Source: an uncultured bacterium (GTDB lineage: Bacteria; Hydrothermota; Tepidihabitantia; Tepidihabitantales; DTDR01). Taken from it: a stretch of DNA of 64,000 nucleotides. Shown piece by piece: positions 48,997 to 59,680 of the stretch (positions are counted from its first letter, which is position 1; every line of letters starts with the position of its first letter). The stretch is taken from positions 45,226-109,225 of the forward strand of contig CAZDHW010000002.1 in assembly GCA_964505415.1 (NCBI GenBank), written 5' to 3'. The notes under the pieces are model-generated. The model searched no databases. It had not been told where the DNA came from and saw only the letters and a list, made by a program, of their open reading frames with translations. A program made the translations under genes and the position numbers.

Positions 48997-51069
48997 TTAT
49001 TTAATGAAAATTACCTTTCTTCCCGACCAAATCTTTTCTTTGGAAATAAGGAAATAGATGCCGGTTTTTAAATTTTTGTTATTAATTTTTTGGCCAAAAG
49101 AATTAAAAATTAAATAATCCTTGTTAAAAAGATTTTCTAAATCTTTTTTAAAATAAATGGTCGGCATTTTTTGAATCCACAAGGAAATAGACTTATTCTC
49201 TTCTATTGCTATCGTCCTTTCACGATAGGAATAAAATTCAAAAGTTTTGTTGCCGCAGATAAAGAAAAATGTTTGAAAATCAGGTACATACACCATTGAG
49301 CTGCCTTTTGTTTTATTGATTGGTAAAGATTCAACCAAATACCAACTATCTCCTAGGGTATATTTCCAAAGTTGGGCTGTACCTCCTTTAAGGCAATAGA
49401 CTTTACCCTCTTTATAAGCAAGGGCAGTTCCATTTTTTGGTTTCTTTTTCTTTCCGCTATTTTCCGGTTTTTCCGGAAGCGAAGAAAGGAAAGTAAAGGA
49501 ATCAGTAAAAATATTATATTTATAAAAATCGCCATATTTCCCTTTCAAAATATACAAAGTAGCTCGACCATCATAAGTTAAGCAACTTCCTTCATCCATT
49601 GGTTTACCACTGGGAGCAATGGGCAATTCTTTTCTTCTTAGCCAAGTATCGCCTTCAATATAATAAGAATAGAAACTATTAGTTTTTGAACCATAAAGAA
49701 GATAGATAAAACTGGAATCAAGTTTTTTAACATAAACTAAATCGCAACCGCTCTTCAATTTTGTTTCCTTTCCTGAAGGATATTTAAAACCGTAAGGAAC
49801 ATCTTTTTTCCTTTCCCATTTTCTTTCGGAAATATCATACCGCCAAAATTCTAAGGTATTACCACCTTTAATAAGATAAATGAAATTGTGGTTATCACTG
49901 GCTAAGGCACAACCCCTTTTTATCTTTCTCTTCTTTTCTCCACCAGGAACAGTTTCTAATCTTTGCCAATTATCGGTCAAAATATCATAAAGAAGAAAAT
50001 TATTGGTTCCGCTACCGGTGATGGCATAAAGATAGCGAGGGGGTATATAAACTAAATCGCTACCGTCTTTTACCGGTTTATCGGCAATTAAATCTTTTCT
50101 TTTTTTCCAACCGGGTTCAGGTAAACTAAGAACAACAATCGTATCATAATATAAAATTGCTGGATTATATTGATTAGTAATAAGGGAACAAATAACCGGA
50201 TGAAAACCAGCAGAAAGTCTTATGTTTTCTAACACTACGGTGTCATAAGTAGGGGAGGCGATTGCTGAAGAAAGATGACCGTTTCTTATAAAATGATTTT
50301 CACCAATCCAAATAGTTAAAAGATAATCTCTTTCAAAGATTGAATCGTTACGAGTAATTATTTTCATATTAAAAGGAACATCAGCAAAAACAGTCTCGGG
50401 TATTAAGTTTTCAATATAAAAACAATAAGGAGTAAAAGTGTCTATTAAATTTATAGTGTCTTTAATTTTTGAAGAAATTGTCCAGATATTAGGTCCAAAA
50501 TAAGAAGTATCCCAAACAGTATTAAAAATTTGAAATTTTAAAAAATCACCGCTTCTTCGCCAAACTTTCACTGTCAAAGTGTCGTAAGGTTGAACTCCCA
50601 AGGGAGTTAAATTTAAAGCATAATAATACCAGAGATTTCCCCGTTGAGAAGTTAATTGACAGGAGTCAATTAAAAATCTATTATTTCTTTTTAAATAAGC
50701 TTTCATATAAGCTACTGGTTCTAAAGGTTCATAAGGTAAAATATCGGAGATAACTAAAGTTACTCCGTTAGGATAAATATCAAAAATTTGAGTTGCTTCA
50801 CTTTTTCGCCAATTCTTAATAAAAAAACTTAAACTTTCCGAAAAATTTGACAAAATTCCTAAGGTTTCCCCTAAGGGGTCGGCAAAAAATTGGTAGCGAG
50901 CAAAACCATTGCCTAACCGAAAAATTTCGGCATAAATAGTGTCAGGAGTATTTTGAGTAAAAACTTTAATAGTTTCAATAGGTATTTCTGGAGAAAGTCT
51001 TATAAACCCGGTCATCAATTGAGCAGAAATAAAAGAGAAGAATAAAAAAGCGGATATAAAATATTTCAT
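48997..51069 (-). CDS. secreted Kelch-like beta-propeller repeat protein with T9SS C-terminal sorting domain
   Basis: Signal peptide. At least five Kelch-like repeats (LYAITGSGTNNFLLYDILTDNWQRL; IYLIKGGNTLEFWRYDISERKWER; ...). C-terminal ...KTGIYFLISKEKIWSGRKVIFIK. Confidence 0.7.
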   Translation of the reverse strand: MKYFISAFLFFSFISAQLMTGFIRLSPEIPIETIKVFTQNTPDTIYAEIFRLGNGFARYQFFADPLGETLGILSNFSESLSFFIKNWRKSEATQIFDIYPNGVTLVISDILPYEPLEPVAYMKAYLKRNNRFLIDSCQLTSQRGNLWYYYALNLTPLGVQPYDTLTVKVWRRSGDFLKFQIFNTVWDTSYFGPNIWTISSKIKDTINLIDTFTPYCFYIENLIPETVFADVPFNMKIITRNDSIFERDYLLTIWIGENHFIRNGHLSSAIASPTYDTVVLENIRLSAGFHPVICSLITNQYNPAILYYDTIVVLSLPEPGWKKRKDLIADKPVKDGSDLVYIPPRYLYAITGSGTNNFLLYDILTDNWQRLETVPGGEKKRKIKRGCALASDNHNFIYLIKGGNTLEFWRYDISERKWERKKDVPYGFKYPSGKETKLKSGCDLVYVKKLDSSFIYLLYGSKTNSFYSYYIEGDTWLRRKELPIAPSGKPMDEGSCLTYDGRATLYILKGKYGDFYKYNIFTDSFTFLSSLPEKPENSGKKKKPKNGTALAYKEGKVYCLKGGTAQLWKYTLGDSWYLVESLPINKTKGSSMVYVPDFQTFFFICGNKTFEFYSYRERTIAIEENKSISLWIQKMPTIYFKKDLENLFNKDYLIFNSFGQKINNKNLKTGIYFLISKEKIWSGRKVIFIK

Positions 51070-51114
51070 TAAAAAATAATAATATGAATTTGAGAAAAAG
51101 TCAATATTTCTAAT

Positions 51115-51836
51115 TTATTTCATTTTAACTATCTTTTTCTTATTGATCTTTCCTTCTTTTGTTTTTAAATAATAAAAATAGACTCCCTTAGGTAATTCTT
51201 TTTCTTTACTGTCAAAGTTTAATCTTTTCATTAATTTTCCAAAAGAATTATAAATCAGAATTTCTACCGGCTTGGTTTTCAATGAATATTGGGAAAAAAT
51301 CTCAGCAATTCCCAATTGCGATGGTAAACTAACAACAATAAAATCAGAAGTGGTATCATTTCCCCAGCTTGAGCCACAAATATAAAGGTTATTGTCAATA
51401 CCAGAAGCAATAGCAGTAGCCCAATCATAATAATTTCCCGGTCCATTATAACGTTAAACCCATCTTTCCCTTCCTTCATTATTTAAACTGATAATAATAA
51501 AATCAGTATCAGAGCCTCTTTCATAAGCTTTTCCACATGCATAAATATTTCCATCCTCTCCATAAATAATGGAATAACCATACCCGTTTCTATATTGATA
51601 TACCCATCTTTCTCTTCCTTCAGGGTTTAAACTAATAACTAAAAAATAAGATAAAGTGTCGTTAATAAAACTACTTCCGCAAATATAAATGTTTCCATCA
51701 AGACCGTAGACAAGAGAGTTAGCATATTCGTAATTTTTTGGTCTATTGTAGCGATAAATCCATTTTTCCGACTGAGCTGAAGAAAATGTGTAAAAAATGG
51801 TAAATAAAATAGAAAAAGATAATTCTTTTTTTCATA
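51115..51836 (-). pseudogene. disrupted gene for a small SBBP (beta-propeller) repeat protein with T9SS CTD
   Basis: Minus-strand frames give signal peptide (M)KKELSFSILFTIFYTFSSA|QSE, then SBBP repeats W(I/V)YRYNxPxNxxDxAxAIA...GNIYxCG x3, then CTD ...KGVYFYYLKTKEGKI. Broken by a +1 frameshift in an A7 run just after the ATG (~51824-51832) and an in-frame TAA where Tyr is expected (WV*RYNGPGN, ~51457). Confidence 0.6.
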
Positions 51837-51840
51837 TTAT

Positions 51841-54800
51841 TTAAGATTTGGCAATAATATCAAGTTTTATAAGGTAAATACCGGTTCCCAATTTTTTAAT
51901 ATCTACTACCAAATGATTGGTATTGTTTTTTGTTTGATAGATAACTTCTCCGAGGGCATTATAAATTGTTAGTTTAACAGAAAATTTAAGAGGTAATGGA
52001 TAATAAATTTTAAGATAACCCTTTACCAATGCGAGTATCGCAGAAAAATCTTTTAAATCTTTTGTTTTCTTATTAATATTAATAATTTCGTCGCTATTAG
52101 GCCACAAAAACTCGTGTTAGGAATATAAAGTCAGAATTCATTAGTATTATTACCCACAAAGGCATAAAGACCACCAGTCCTTTTGGAATAAGTAAGTGCG
52201 CCACCTCCTTTTACTTTTTTGTTGGCGTACCTTCGGGTTTACCAACATCTAATTCAATATTCCATTGGTCGGTTTTTGGGTTGTAAGAAAAGAACTCTAA
52301 GGTATTGCCACCTTTTAAAGCATAAATAAGACCATTATCAGGATTATAAACACCGGCGCTACCTTCTCTTGCTTTCTTTTTTATTACTCCAACTATCGTT
52401 GGTCGTTGTCATATAAAATTCATTCGTCTCGCCACCGACTCTTAAGGCATAAATCTTTAGTGTATCGCTGGGAACACACACAATCCATGAACCTTTTTCC
52501 ATTTGTCAGCTGGTAAAGTTGCCAGATTGCAAATCTCAAAAGAATCAGCAACAATATTAAATTTAATCCATTCATTATTATTAGAACCGCAAATTATATA
52601 AATATAATTAGAACCATCAAAAGCCATTGATGAACCTTTTATCTCTTTGGTGAAAGGAATTATATATTCTTTCCAAGAATCTTTTTCTGGCTTATAGCGC
52701 CAGAACTCTTTAGTGTTATTCCCTTTGATCACATAGATGAGTGAGTCACCATCACCACAAATAGAAGCCCCGTATTTCACATTTTTCTTTTTTAAGGTGA
52801 GATAGGAAAAAGGTACTTCGCTCTTCTTTGTCCAAATATTGGTAGTCACATCGTATTCCATTAAGTCTCTTGTATTATTACCAACAAGGCATAAACTTTA
52901 TCACCAAGCGATGCTAAGGCACCTCCATTTTTAATTGGTGTTGTCGCACCACTAACATTTGGCATCTTATGCCATCCAGGGGTTAAGGAAATTACGCGGA
53001 ACGAATCAACGATTGAATCGTTTGCTGGATTTATGTCACCTGATAAAGCAGTCTTTAAAATAGTTGTAAAATTACCGGTATCCGTACAGAAATAAGGTAT
53101 AAAGCTTAAAGTAACTTCGGTATCCGGAAGTACATTATTATAATTAGAATCAATATACACCAAAAGATTATTTTTATAAATCTTAAAGTAAGTCCAGAAT
53201 GATGATGGATAATCACCATAATTTTTCACTTTACCAGAAACTGGGTACGGTATATTTGAATCTATTAAAATTACACCGCTTGGCGAAACGATTTTAATTG
53301 CTCCCACATCTAAAATTCCTCCTCTATAAGAACTTACTGCCAAATCATTATTAGGATTTAAATCCCTTTCAGTGATTGTTCGGAAATAAGCATAATGACT
53401 TCCCGATGTTACTGTAATGGATTCATCAAAAACAATAATTTCTTCCCAATCTGGTGGTATATAAGAAATTGTTTTTTCTTGAAGATAATTTATTTCCGGA
53501 ATTGAACATTTAACCATAATATTAAATTCATCAAGGGTTCCGTAATTTTTTACCTTACATTTAGGTAGCAATTTTGTGTTGAGAGGATAATTACCATTTG
53601 GGTGAATAATTTGGGAAATGCCCACATCTTTCCAATACACAAAAAAATTCTTTTTTAGGGTGTCATTTCTTCTATTTTCATCGGGTGGCCAATAAACAAT
53701 TGCTACACCAATGTAAGGACCGGCTGTTTCTGGAGACCAAGAAGGATAGATTAATAAGGTATCCCTATTAGGAAGTAAAGAATCAATAAATTTTGCTTCA
53801 CTATAACGAAGAGGCCATTAGTATCGTAAATTTTAAAATAAACAGCAAAATTTTGAGCAATCGTTTTTCCATAATTTTGAATAATTATTTTTGGTTCAAG
53901 GGGTAATTTAGGGATACTATCAAGAGGAGAAATAATCTCTTTTACTCCAATATCACATAATTTAAAATCTTGTATCGTTTATAATAAATCCGATAACAAT
54001 AATTAGTATAATGTCCGAAATCTCGCCGAAAAAGATGAAGATTACCGTCTGGGGTAGCAACAATTTCTGGAAAGTATCGAGAGCCGGTATTAAAATGAAC
54101 AACCGTATCCGGCCCCTCCCAATTTCCTTCTGGAGTTCTTACAAATCTTACAATGTCATAAGAAGGACCTATCTCATTAGTTCTTACTACTACTTGGAGG
54201 TTATTGAATTTATCAACTGCACAAGATGGATTTTCCCGGCGATAACTACTTTGAAGAACTACCACCTCTGACCAACCTCTATTAGTTTTTACTCTGTGGG
54301 CAATATGGGGATAATATTCATTAGCAAGATAAGCTTCCCAAACTACATGGACATTTCCTTCGCTATCAATAGCAACTCGGGGGTTATAATTATGATAACT
54401 ATTAGGAAATACTGATAAAGTTTCTATTGGTCCCCATAAACCATTGGAATTTCTCATTCGATAGAAAATATTATATAAAGCATTACCTATCGGAAGGTAA
54501 GAACTCCATACAATATGAATCCTATTTTGACCATCAACCGCAATAGCCGGTTGTTGAGAAGTATACATCCAGTCCATTGGTGATGCGGTATCAATATCTA
54601 CTATTATTGGAGAACAAGAAGGATATATTTTTGCGTAACCAATTCGATATCGACCACCCCAGGAGGCAGAAAATGTGCAATGTGCAGTATCTCCTTTTCC
54701 TCCGGCAATTTTAGGATAATTAGGGTAATTATTTGATTTTAATGGTAATGAGCATATTTGGGTATAATTTCCGTTCGCTAATTTTGCTCTATAAAAAAGC

Positions 54801-55170
54801 CATCGGGGAGAAGAAATAGAAGGATCGCCACGTCATAAAAAATGAACATTATTGTTGGAATCACCGGCGATACTAGGAGAATAATTATAAAGCAAATTAA
54901 TTCCCCCTCTGGCAGAAACGGTCTCTTCTTGCGACCAAGATCCCTTTGATCCTACCATCTCATAATTATCGGAAAATAAGGACCTTCTCGATACCAGATA
55001 CCATAAACCCGATTGTTAGGTGTGGGAGTTGCTCCATTATCATTATTAGTATCATTCTTAGAGGTTAAGCAAAAATCTTCTTCCCAACCAAGTATTTGTG
55101 GTTCTGAGAAAGATGGTGAGAAAGGTAAACATTATTTTTTTGGTGGAAAGGCAAAAACAAAAGAGATAAA
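51841..55170 (-). pseudogene. decayed gene(s) for a large multidomain T9SS cargo protein (BNR-like propeller + CARDB-like repeats + Kelch repeats + T9SS CTD)
   Basis: ORF-track pieces 53942-54577 (P.IA.D..GN.H.VW blades), 52861-53640 (two DVG...NYG CARDB-like repeats), 52457-52861 (Kelch) and 51841-52107 (CTD) are all homologous segments in different frames. Hand translation finds more CARDB/Kelch segments between them. Breaks sit at A6/A7/T5 runs plus a TGA where Kelch Trp is expected (NEF*LY). Confidence 0.5.
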
Positions 55171-55172
55171 AA

Positions 55173-56297
55173 TTAGGAAAGTGGGTATTGGTAAATACGG
55201 TATTTTTTGTAAAGTTTTACTTTCCAAACTTCTATTGGTTTTATAATATCTATATTATCTTCTAAAATCCAGGAAACTTCTCCCCATTCATAACCAAGTT
55301 TTTTACCTCCTAAAAAGGTTTCGTAATAAAGTAAAGCATCGGCGCCAGTTTTTCTAAATTTCTTTTTTATTCCCAATGCCCAAAGCCGGGCACTTTTTAT
55401 CCTTCTTTGATAATAGAAAAATTTGAAAATTCCAAAGGGAAAGAGTCGGCCATTTAGATGGCATAATACTTCGTTATAATTAGGTAAAGCAATGCTAATG
55501 CCTACCGGTTCATTATCAATTTCCACAATAGGAATAATCTCACTTTTAGCAATTGGTTTTAATTTCCTACCTAAATAGTTAATTTCTTCATCGGTTAATG
55601 GGGTAAAATCCCAGTTTTCTTGCCAGGCATCATTGTAGACTTCTTTAATCTTTGGTAACTCTATATCTAATTTTTTTAAATTAACCTTCCTCACAATAAA
55701 CTTTTCTTTCTTTTTTAATTTTTCTACCACATTTTGAACCTTTTCCGGAACAAATTGGTTTAAATCGATATAATAGGCGTATAAATCTTTTGCTTTACTC
55801 ATTCCGTATTTTTCAACCAGTTCTAAATAATAAGGTGGATTATAAGGCATTTTAATAGTGGGCGGTGAAGAAAATCCTTCGTATAAAAAGGCACATTCAT
55901 CATTTAAAGCCGGATTAGCCGGACCAACCATCAACTCCATTCCTTTTGCTTTTAACCATTCTTTGGCTTTATCAAAGAGAGCAGAGGCGATATCAAAATC
56001 GTTAATACTTTCAAAGAAACCGAAGAAACCAACCTTTTTTTGATGATGGTTTATATAATTATAATCAATAATTGCAGCAATCCGTCCAACAATTTCATCT
56101 TTAAAATAGGCTAAAAAAAGTTCTCGCTCCGCATGATTAAAATAGGGATTTTTCTCTTTGGAAAGAGTTTCTTTTACCTCACTGATAAGGGGAGGCACAA
56201 AATTTTTATCGTTACGGTAAATTTTAAAAGGTAGTTTGACAAATAAATCTAACTCTTTTTTATTTTCTACTTTTTTAACCTTAATAATTTCTTTCAC
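55173..56297 (-). CDS. two-domain GNAT/FemAB-like N-acyltransferase (possible bacterial ceramide-synthase-like or amino-lipid N-acyltransferase)
   Basis: 374 aa. Acyl-CoA N-acyltransferase-like pattern in both halves (…FLAYFKDEIVGRIAAIIDYNY…; …WALGIKKKFRKTGADALLY…). Sits 3 nt downstream of the Spt-like gene. Confidence 0.5.
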   Translation of the reverse strand: MKEIIKVKKVENKKELDLFVKLPFKIYRNDKNFVPPLISEVKETLSKEKNPYFNHAERELFLAYFKDEIVGRIAAIIDYNYINHHQKKVGFFGFFESINDFDIASALFDKAKEWLKAKGMELMVGPANPALNDECAFLYEGFSSPPTIKMPYNPPYYLELVEKYGMSKAKDLYAYYIDLNQFVPEKVQNVVEKLKKKEKFIVRKVNLKKLDIELPKIKEVYNDAWQENWDFTPLTDEEINYLGRKLKPIAKSEIIPIVEIDNEPVGISIALPNYNEVLCHLNGRLFPFGIFKFFYYQRRIKSARLWALGIKKKFRKTGADALLYYETFLGGKKLGYEWGEVSWILEDNIDIIKPIEVWKVKLYKKYRIYQYPLS

Positions 56298-56300
56298 CCT

Positions 56301-57485
56301 TTAGCCTTTATTAAATTTTAATTTTTTAAAAACTTCTAAAGCAAAATCAATATCTTCTTCGGTATGGGTTGCCATGTAACTTGTTCTGATTAATGAACGA
56401 TTTGGCGGTACTGCTGGCGGTATTACGGGGTTAGCAAAGATTTTATTTTTAAATAAAGAAAGCCAAAATTTTAATGTTTTCATATCTTCACCAATAATTA
56501 TCGGAATAATTGGTGTCACACTATTGCCAGTGTCATATCCCAATTCTTTTAATCCCTTTCTCATTTTTTCAGTAATTCGCCAAAGATGTCTTCTTCTTTC
56601 CGGTTCATTTTTTATAATTTCTAAGGCTTTTAAGGCAACGGCTACCGAAGCCGGTGGTAAACTAGCAGAAAAGATTAAGGAACGGGCATTATGGCGAATA
56701 TAAGCGATTACCTTCTTTTCTCCAACAACAAAACCACCAATAGTAGCAAAGGATTTGGAAAAGGTTCCCATTATTAAATCAACTTCCGCTTCTAAACCGA
56801 AATGTTCTGCTGTTCCCCGGCCATTTTCTCCGAGGACACCAATTCCGTGGGCATCATCAACTAAAACTCGGGCATTATATTTCTTTGCCAAATTTATAAT
56901 TTCGGGCAAATTACAAATATCGCCTTCCATACTAAAGACTCCATCAACCACAATCAATTTTCCGGAATTTTTGGGTAAGGATTTTAAAACCCTTTCTAAA
57001 CTCGCCATATTATTGTGTAAAAATCTTTTTACATTGCCAAAAGATAATCGACAACCATCAACAATAGAAGCATGGTCAAGCTTATCAGTAATGACATATT
57101 CATTTTTACCAACTAAAGCAGAGATAATACCTAAATTTGTTTGATAACCAGTAGAAAAGACAATACAATCATCCTTATTAAAAAATTTTGCTAATTTTTC
57201 TTCTAATTCCAGATGCAAATCTAATGTTCCGTTTAAAAATCTTGAACCGGTACAGCCGGTGCCATATTTTCTTATTGCTTCTATTCCGGCTTCTTTTAAT
57301 CTAGGGTCATTAGTTAAACCCAAATAGTTATTAGAACCTAACATCAGATATTTTTCACCCTTGATAGTAACCCAATTGCTCGCTTCCGATTCAATTGGTT
57401 TAAAATAAGGATAATATCCTTGGTTAATAGCTTCTTCTACCTTTTTATAATAACTTTCACATTTATCAAATAAATCCATAATCAA
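56301..57485 (-). CDS. alpha-oxoamine synthase, serine palmitoyltransferase-like (Spt/BioF/Kbl family)
   Basis: PLP-lysine motif [13 protein letters not shown]. Motifs [49 protein letters not shown] and a C-terminal [12 protein letters not shown] resemble bacterial Spt more than BioF, from recalled sequences. Confidence 0.8.
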   Translation of the reverse strand: MIMDLFDKCESYYKKVEEAINQGYYPYFKPIESEASNWVTIKGEKYLMLGSNNYLGLTNDPRLKEAGIEAIRKYGTGCTGSRFLNGTLDLHLELEEKLAKFFNKDDCIVFSTGYQTNLGIISALVGKNEYVITDKLDHASIVDGCRLSFGNVKRFLHNNMASLERVLKSLPKNSGKLIVVDGVFSMEGDICNLPEIINLAKKYNARVLVDDAHGIGVLGENGRGTAEHFGLEAEVDLIMGTFSKSFATIGGFVVGEKKVIAYIRHNARSLIFSASLPPASVAVALKALEIIKNEPERRRHLWRITEKMRKGLKELGYDTGNSVTPIIPIIIGEDMKTLKFWLSLFKNKIFANPVIPPAVPPNRSLIRTSYMATHTEEDIDFALEVFKKLKFNKG

Positions 57486-58909
57486 TAAGCCCGAGCATAA
57501 TAAATTATTATTTTTGTTTTTTTATCGCAGACAATACATTTTCCCTTTTCCTTATTTTTATTTTCCAAAGGGATACATCGGGGAGTGGTGTTTGTTTCTT
57601 CCTTAATTTTTTCTTCACATTCTTTTTTTCCGCACCAAAAAATCTTAGCTATTCCTTTCTTTTCCACAATTTCTTTTTTCATCTTTTCTAAATCGTCGTA
57701 AAAAAAGATTCTTTCTTTAAGAGATTTTTCCGCTTTAAGATAGAGTTTTTTTTGAATATCAGCCAAAATGTGTTTTAATTCTTCTTTTAAATTGTTTATT
57801 TTAATGTTTTCCTTTTTTTCGTAATCCCGAGTGACTATTCTTACTTCGTCTTTTTCCACTTCTTTCTTACCGATTTCTATTCTTAAAGGAACACCTTTTA
57901 ATTCCCAATGGTTAAATTTCCAGCCCGGTGTGTACTCTTTACGGGCATCAAAATAGACAGAAAATTCCTTTTTTAATTCTTCTGAGAGGTTTTCGCATCT
58001 TTCAATTATTCTTTGGTCATCTTCTCCGTAAAGAATGGGGATAATAACAATTTGAATAGGAGCAATTTTTGGTGGTAAGAAAAGACCATTGTCATCACCG
58101 TGAATCATAATTAAAGCGCCAATTAATCTGGTTGATACTCCCCAAGAAGAACCCCAAGGATATTTTTCTCGATTATCCTTATCAAGAAATTTAATAGCAA
58201 AAGCTTTAGCAAAATTTTGTCCTAAGTTATGGGTAGTTCCTGATTGGAGCGCTTGACCATCGGGCATTAAAGCTTCAATAGTGTAAGTTCTTAAAGCCCC
58301 AGCAAATCTTTCCGAGGGTGGTTTAAGACCGGCAATTACCGGAAGAGCCAATTCTTCTTTTAAAAAATCAATGTATAAATCTAAAATCATCTTTGCTTCT
58401 TTCTCCGCTTCTTCAAAGGTTTGGTGTAAGGTATGGCCTTCCTGCCATAAAAATTCAGTAGTTCGCAAAAATAATCTGGTGGTCTTTTCCCAGCGAACAA
58501 TATTACACCATTGATTTATTAAGATTGGTAAATCGCGATAAGATTTTACCCATTTGGCATACATACTACAGATAATCGCTTCCGAAGTTGGTCTTACGGC
58601 TAATCTTTCCGAAAGTTCTTCTTCACCGCCCTTTGTTACCCAAGCAACTTGGGGAGCAAAACCTTTCACATGTTCGGCTTCCTTTTTTAAAAAACTTTCG
58701 GGAATAAAAAGAGGAAAATAGGCATTTTGATGGCCGGTTTCTTTAAATCTTTTATCCAAACCTTTTTGAATATTTTCCCAAATACTATAACCATAAGGTC
58801 TAATTACCATACAACCCCTTATTGGTGCGTAGTCAGCTAATTCGGCTTTTAGAATTACTTGGGTATACCATTCGGAGAAATTTTCGCTCTTTTTGATAAG
58901 TTCTTTCAT
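57482..58909 (-). CDS. proS: proline--tRNA ligase, archaeal/eukaryotic-type
   Basis: 475 aa with no bacterial INS editing insertion. C-terminal zinc-binding domain ([22 protein letters not shown]...CIVCDKK) and terminal ...YYARAY tyrosine typical of archaeal-type ProRS. Confidence 0.9.
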   Translation of the reverse strand: MKELIKKSENFSEWYTQVILKAELADYAPIRGCMVIRPYGYSIWENIQKGLDKRFKETGHQNAYFPLFIPESFLKKEAEHVKGFAPQVAWVTKGGEEELSERLAVRPTSEAIICSMYAKWVKSYRDLPILINQWCNIVRWEKTTRLFLRTTEFLWQEGHTLHQTFEEAEKEAKMILDLYIDFLKEELALPVIAGLKPPSERFAGALRTYTIEALMPDGQALQSGTTHNLGQNFAKAFAIKFLDKDNREKYPWGSSWGVSTRLIGALIMIHGDDNGLFLPPKIAPIQIVIIPILYGEDDQRIIERCENLSEELKKEFSVYFDARKEYTPGWKFNHWELKGVPLRIEIGKKEVEKDEVRIVTRDYEKKENIKINNLKEELKHILADIQKKLYLKAEKSLKERIFFYDDLEKMKKEIVEKKGIAKIFWCGKKECEEKIKEETNTTPRCIPLENKNKEKGKCIVCDKKTKIIIYYARAY

Positions 58910-58912
58910 AAT

Positions 58913-59680
58913 TTAAAAGATATCTAAAATTTTTAAATTGTCAATAAGAAGAATGATAAAGATTAAAAAAAGATAATAACCAAAATAATAAAATCTTCTT
59001 TGATAAACCAATTTTTTTAAAAGATAAAGCGAAAGAAGTCCAAAGATAAAAGAAGCAAAAAATCCTGAAAGATAAACTGAAGAAAAAAGGAGTTCGGCTT
59101 TTTTATGGAATTCCCAAATATTAGCACCGATAATTGTTGGTATTCCTAAAAGAAAAGAGAAATTAAAACTTATTCCTTTTTCTATTCCTAAATATAAAGC
59201 ACCGGCAATAGTTGCTCCCGAACGAGAGATTCCTGGAAAAATACCCAGGGTTTGAAAAATGCCAATAATAAGAGCTTGACCATAATTCAAATCAAAAAAC
59301 TTTTCTCTTTGGTATTTAGTAAAAAATATTAAAAAACTGCTGATAAGAAAAAAATAGGGGAGATAGTTGAAATTTTCAAAAATCATTTCTACTTTTTCTT
59401 TAAAAAAGAAGCTTATAGGAATAATCGGTATCAAAGCAACAACAATTTTTAAAAAGAGGAAGATATTTTTTCTTTTAACCTCTTCTTTAATTAGATTAAA
59501 AAAGAAAAAGATTAAAGCCAAAGTTGTTCCCAAATGGAGATAAAGAAGAAAATCGATATCAAACTTTGATTTTAAAATCCTTTCTAATAATAACAAATGG
59601 CCAGAACTGGAGATAGGTAAAAATTCAGTTAATCCTTGAACCATTCCCAAAATAATTGCTTTTATCACTGTCATTTTCAA
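58913..59680 (-). CDS. uppP: undecaprenyl-diphosphatase
   Basis: VQGLTEFLPISSSGHLLL motif with 7-8 TM helices. 255 aa. Confidence 0.9.
   Translation of the reverse strand: MKMTVIKAIILGMVQGLTEFLPISSSGHLLLLERILKSKFDIDFLLYLHLGTTLALIFFFFNLIKEEVKRKNIFLFLKIVVALIPIIPISFFFKEKVEMIFENFNYLPYFFLISSFLIFFTKYQREKFFDLNYGQALIIGIFQTLGIFPGISRSGATIAGALYLGIEKGISFNFSFLLGIPTIIGANIWEFHKKAELLFSSVYLSGFFASFIFGLLSLYLLKKLVYQRRFYYFGYYLFLIFIILLIDNLKILDIF

Noticed and set aside
51279-51479. 66-aa ORF (MKEGKDGFNVIMDREIIMIGLLLL...).
   Set aside because: It is an alternative frame of the SBBP-repeat pseudogene. The homologous reading is in the other frames.
51115-55170. Possibility that the fragmented cargo region is a diversity-generating retroelement target or uses UGA recoding.
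   Set aside because: No reverse transcriptase or template repeat is present. TGA is used as a genuine stop by rplT (41253) in this window, so a UGA=Trp/Gly code is unlikely. Breaks coincide with homopolymer runs and point nonsense changes.
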